From Eledone cirrhosa (lineage: Eukaryota), in assembly GCA_964016885.1 (NCBI GenBank), contig OZ024766.1, positions 15,376,001 to 15,440,000 on the forward strand: 64,000 nucleotides of DNA. The letters are read 5' to 3'. Shown here piece by piece: positions 60,835 to 64,000 of this stretch. Each line of letters starts with the position of its first letter. Position 1 is the first letter of the stretch. The translations under genes were made by a program, and so were the position numbers. A model generated the notes under the pieces. The model was given only the letters and a program-made list of their open reading frames with translations. It made no database searches and was not told where the DNA came from.

Positions 60835-61751
60835 AATTGTGTGAGGTCAGCTGTTATCACCTCATCCCAGGTCTTCCTACTTCATTGCTTCCATCAGTTG
60901 TGTGAGGTCAGCTTTTATCACCTCATCCCAGGTCTTCCTACTTCATTGCTTCCATCAGTTGTGTGAGGTCAGCTGTTATCACCTCATCCCAGGTCTTCCT
61001 ACTTCATAGCTTCCATCAATTGTGTGAGGTCAGCTGTTATCACCTCATCCCAGGTCTTCCTACTTCATAGCTTCCATCAATTGTGTGAGGTCAGCTTTTA
61101 TCACATCATCCCAGGTCTTCCTACTCCATAGCTTCCATCAATTGTGTGAAGTCAGCTTTTATCACCTCATCCCAGGTCTTCCTACTTCATGGCTTCCATC
61201 AATTGTGTGAGGTCAGCTGTTATCACCTCATCCTAGGTCTTCCTACTTCATTGCTTCCATCAGTTGTGTGAGGTCAGCTGTTATCACCTCATCCCAGATA
61301 TTCCTACTTCATAGCTTCCATCAATTGTGTGAGGTCAGCTTTTATCACCTCATCCCAGGTCTTCCTACTCCATATCTTCCATCAATTGTGTGAGGTCAGC
61401 TGTTATCACCTCATCCCAGGTCTTCCTACTCTATAGCTTCCATCAATTGTGTGAGGTCAGCTGTTATCACCTCATCCCAGGTCTTCCTACTCTATAGCTT
61501 CCATCAATCGTGTCAGGTCAGCTGTTATCACCTCATCCCAGGTCTTCCTACTCCATAGCTTCCATCAATTGTGTGAGGTCAGCTGTTATCACCTCATCCC
61601 AGGTCTTCATACTTCATAGCTTCCATCAATTGTGAAAGGTCAGCTTTTATCACCTCATCCCAGGTCTTCCTACTCTATAGCTTCCATCAATTGTGTCAGG
61701 TCAGCTATTATCACCTCATCCCAGGTCTTCCTACTTCATAGCTTCCATCAA
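60835..61751. repeat. 61-bp satellite, 15 units, derived from the RTE ORF C-terminus
   Basis: Unit aattgtgtgaggtcagctgttatcacctcatcccaggtcttcctacttcatagcttccatc aligns to 10-80 and 12281-12350. Confidence 0.9.
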
Positions 61752-61854
61752 TTTTATAAAATGCTTGAAAACAACTTAGAAAAAATGTTAATCAAAATCC
61801 AAATTTAATCCCAAAGAGAGGAAATTGGAACATTATCCACTGAAAGTTGCTTAA

Positions 61855-62323
61855 CCCTTTAGTGTACAAACCAGCCCAAACTGGCCAGAATTCTCTACCT
61901 CTTTCTGTTGAAACTGGTTGTAACTGGTTGCTCAGACTGATGTTAAAGTATTGTTCTCAAAATAAATACTTTCAAAATCTGATAGATTCAATATTATGTG
62001 AGATAAAGCCTTTACCATGAAAATATAATAGTATATATAAAATAATGTGAATGCTAAAGGGTTAACCCTTTAACATTTAAACCGGCAATAACTGGCCAGA
62101 GTTCTGTCCTCTTTTTCTTTTTAAACCACTCGTAACTGGCCACTCATACTGATGTTAAAGTATTGTTCTCAATATAAATAATATCAGATTCGATATTATG
62201 TGAGGTAAAGACTTTGCCATGGAAATATAATAGTATATATAGAGTAATGTAAATGTTATGTGAGATAAAGACATTACCATGGAAATATAATAGTATATAT
62301 AGAATAATGTAAATGTTAAAGGC
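61855..62323. mobile_element. Two adjacent TTAA MITEs sharing one TTAA (61855-62061 and 62066-62323)
   Basis: Junction gctaaaggg-ttaa-ccctttaac. The second copy has a doubled internal unit. Confidence 0.85.
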
Positions 62324-63123
62324 TTAAACCCTGAAGAAAGGACTTTTAGGTCCCGAAATATTGGACAGATAAAAGAACAACAACAAAAAAACAAAACAAA
62401 GATTACCAGGTAACTTTTACTTTTCCTTACCTCATCTTATTGTCCATTTTGCATTGTTTAGCCTTCTATCTCTTTCAACGTTATATTTTATATAGAATGC
62501 TTCAAACAAACTACAACATTTAATTATATATCATCATCATCATCTTCAATTAACGTCCATCTTCCACACTAGCATGTGTTAGACGGGTCCCATTTAGAGG
62601 CAAGTGTGGGCTGGATGCTTTTTTGCTGTCTTCTACACGTTCAGTGTGGGTGAGATATATATATATGTGTATGTATATATCATCACCATTTAGCGTCCAT
62701 TTTTCCATTCTTGCATGGGTTAGACGGGTCATTCACACCAGGAGGCAAGTCTGGCCAGGGTTGGCTATGTGTCGCACCTTGCTCAGGTGAGGTCTGTAAA
62801 TTTGGTGGGGTATTTTACAGCTGGATTCCCTTCCTAACATCAACCATGTTTACAGTGTGGAACTGGATGGCTCTGTTATGAGGAGGGACAGGCCAGTTGG
62901 CTGCACTGAACTCATCTCACAGTGGAACTATAATTTTTTTTGGGGGGGCCTGGTACTGGGTGGCACCATTGTGAGGAGGGGGTAGCCAGTCAGCTGCTCC
63001 AAACTCATCTCACGAGGTTACCACAGTTTTGGGGCCCTGTACTAGGGGCTATAGTGATGGTGTAGCTAGTTTATATGAATAAGTAAATCTGACGCAGGTA
63101 TATTTCTACAGTTTACCAATGTA

Positions 63124-63258
63124 CCGTACTTACTGGCGCCAATGACGACCAATTTTTGAAAAAAAATAATAATCAACCTTCGGCCTCCAGGACATATGGT
63201 AGATATTTTGGACTTATATTAGGGAAAAAGTAATGTCTTTGATGCTAGGAAATATGGT
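63124..63258. mobile_element. Degenerate Tc1/mariner-type MITE within a local duplication of about 100 bp
   Basis: ta|ccgtacttactggcgccaatgac versus gtctttgatgctaggaaatatgg (imperfect TIRs). Absent from the duplicate at 63471-63570. Confidence 0.45.
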
Positions 63259-64000
63259 GAAAATGTAAAATTTCCACTGTTAAATCTATCCCTGCATTTT
63301 AAGTATTCTCTATTATCTCATACTGTTACTTTCTTATAAGTCCTATAAGAATGCATTTTTTGCTAAACTGCCATAGAGCAGACCTCTGAAATGATAGAAG
63401 GATATAATTTATAGAGCATGCTGGAATACCACTGCTTACATTGGAGAGAATTTCTCTGGACAGAATGTTGATATCTACAGTTTACCAATATAGAAATATA
63501 ACATTTCCACTGTTAAATCTATCTCTGCTTCTAAAGTATTCTCTATTATCTCATACTGTTTCTTTCTTATTTCAGAATATCAGATGACATTGGGATAAAT
63601 TATTATTTTCAATCTTGGATACATCATCTCTATTTATCATCATTTGAAGACTAAAACCTTCTAAACAGAACTTATATAACACTGTTTATATAAATCTATA
63701 GTGCAATTACTGTGAAATATTTCCTCAAAACTGAGTTTATTTTCTTCACTATAAGATGGTTTTGTATTTTAACTAAACTTGGATGAAACAGAAGTTTGTA
63801 TTATCTTCAGATATTAACTGAAATCACAGTTGAGGGAAATATAGAAGAATATTTTATAAGAAATATAATATAAAAAATATTACAAGAAAAACATCTGTAT
63901 ATTCTGTTGAAGAAGAAATCATTATGCCAAATAAATTGACAAAGAAGATTAAATATGAAACACAATCTAAAGTGTTTAGTATTGCTGGTGAGATGACAAA

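Overview
Eukaryotic, extremely repeat-rich DNA with no prokaryotic features. The (TA)n/(TG)n abundance, tRNA-headed CORE-type SINEs and RTE LINEs suggest an octopod cephalopod (inference). One host gene is visible on the minus strand as seven phase-1 exons between 24508 and 46545, encoding laminin-type EGF repeats and a split F-type lectin domain; it carries two apparent in-frame stops. The rest is mobile or tandem DNA: RTE LINE copies, a defective Gypsy element, a solo LTR, an internally deleted Helitron, hAT-, TTAA(piggyBac-type)- and Tc1/pogo-type MITEs, many SINEs, and satellites, several born from transposon fragments. Two things stand out. (1) Two near-full-length L1/Tx1-clade retrotransposons sit at the same nucleotide of a 72-bp minisatellite inside a TTAA MITE, and their ORF1 differences are mostly synonymous, which points to an MITE-targeting, site-specific retrotransposon. 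(2) There are seven clear hammerhead-ribozyme motifs (two more are weaker) from several unrelated Penelope-like or retrozyme-like families, including a microsatellite-filled element with three ribozyme copies and a perfect 84-bp palindrome with a ribozyme on each strand. All calls were made by eye; no database searches were run.
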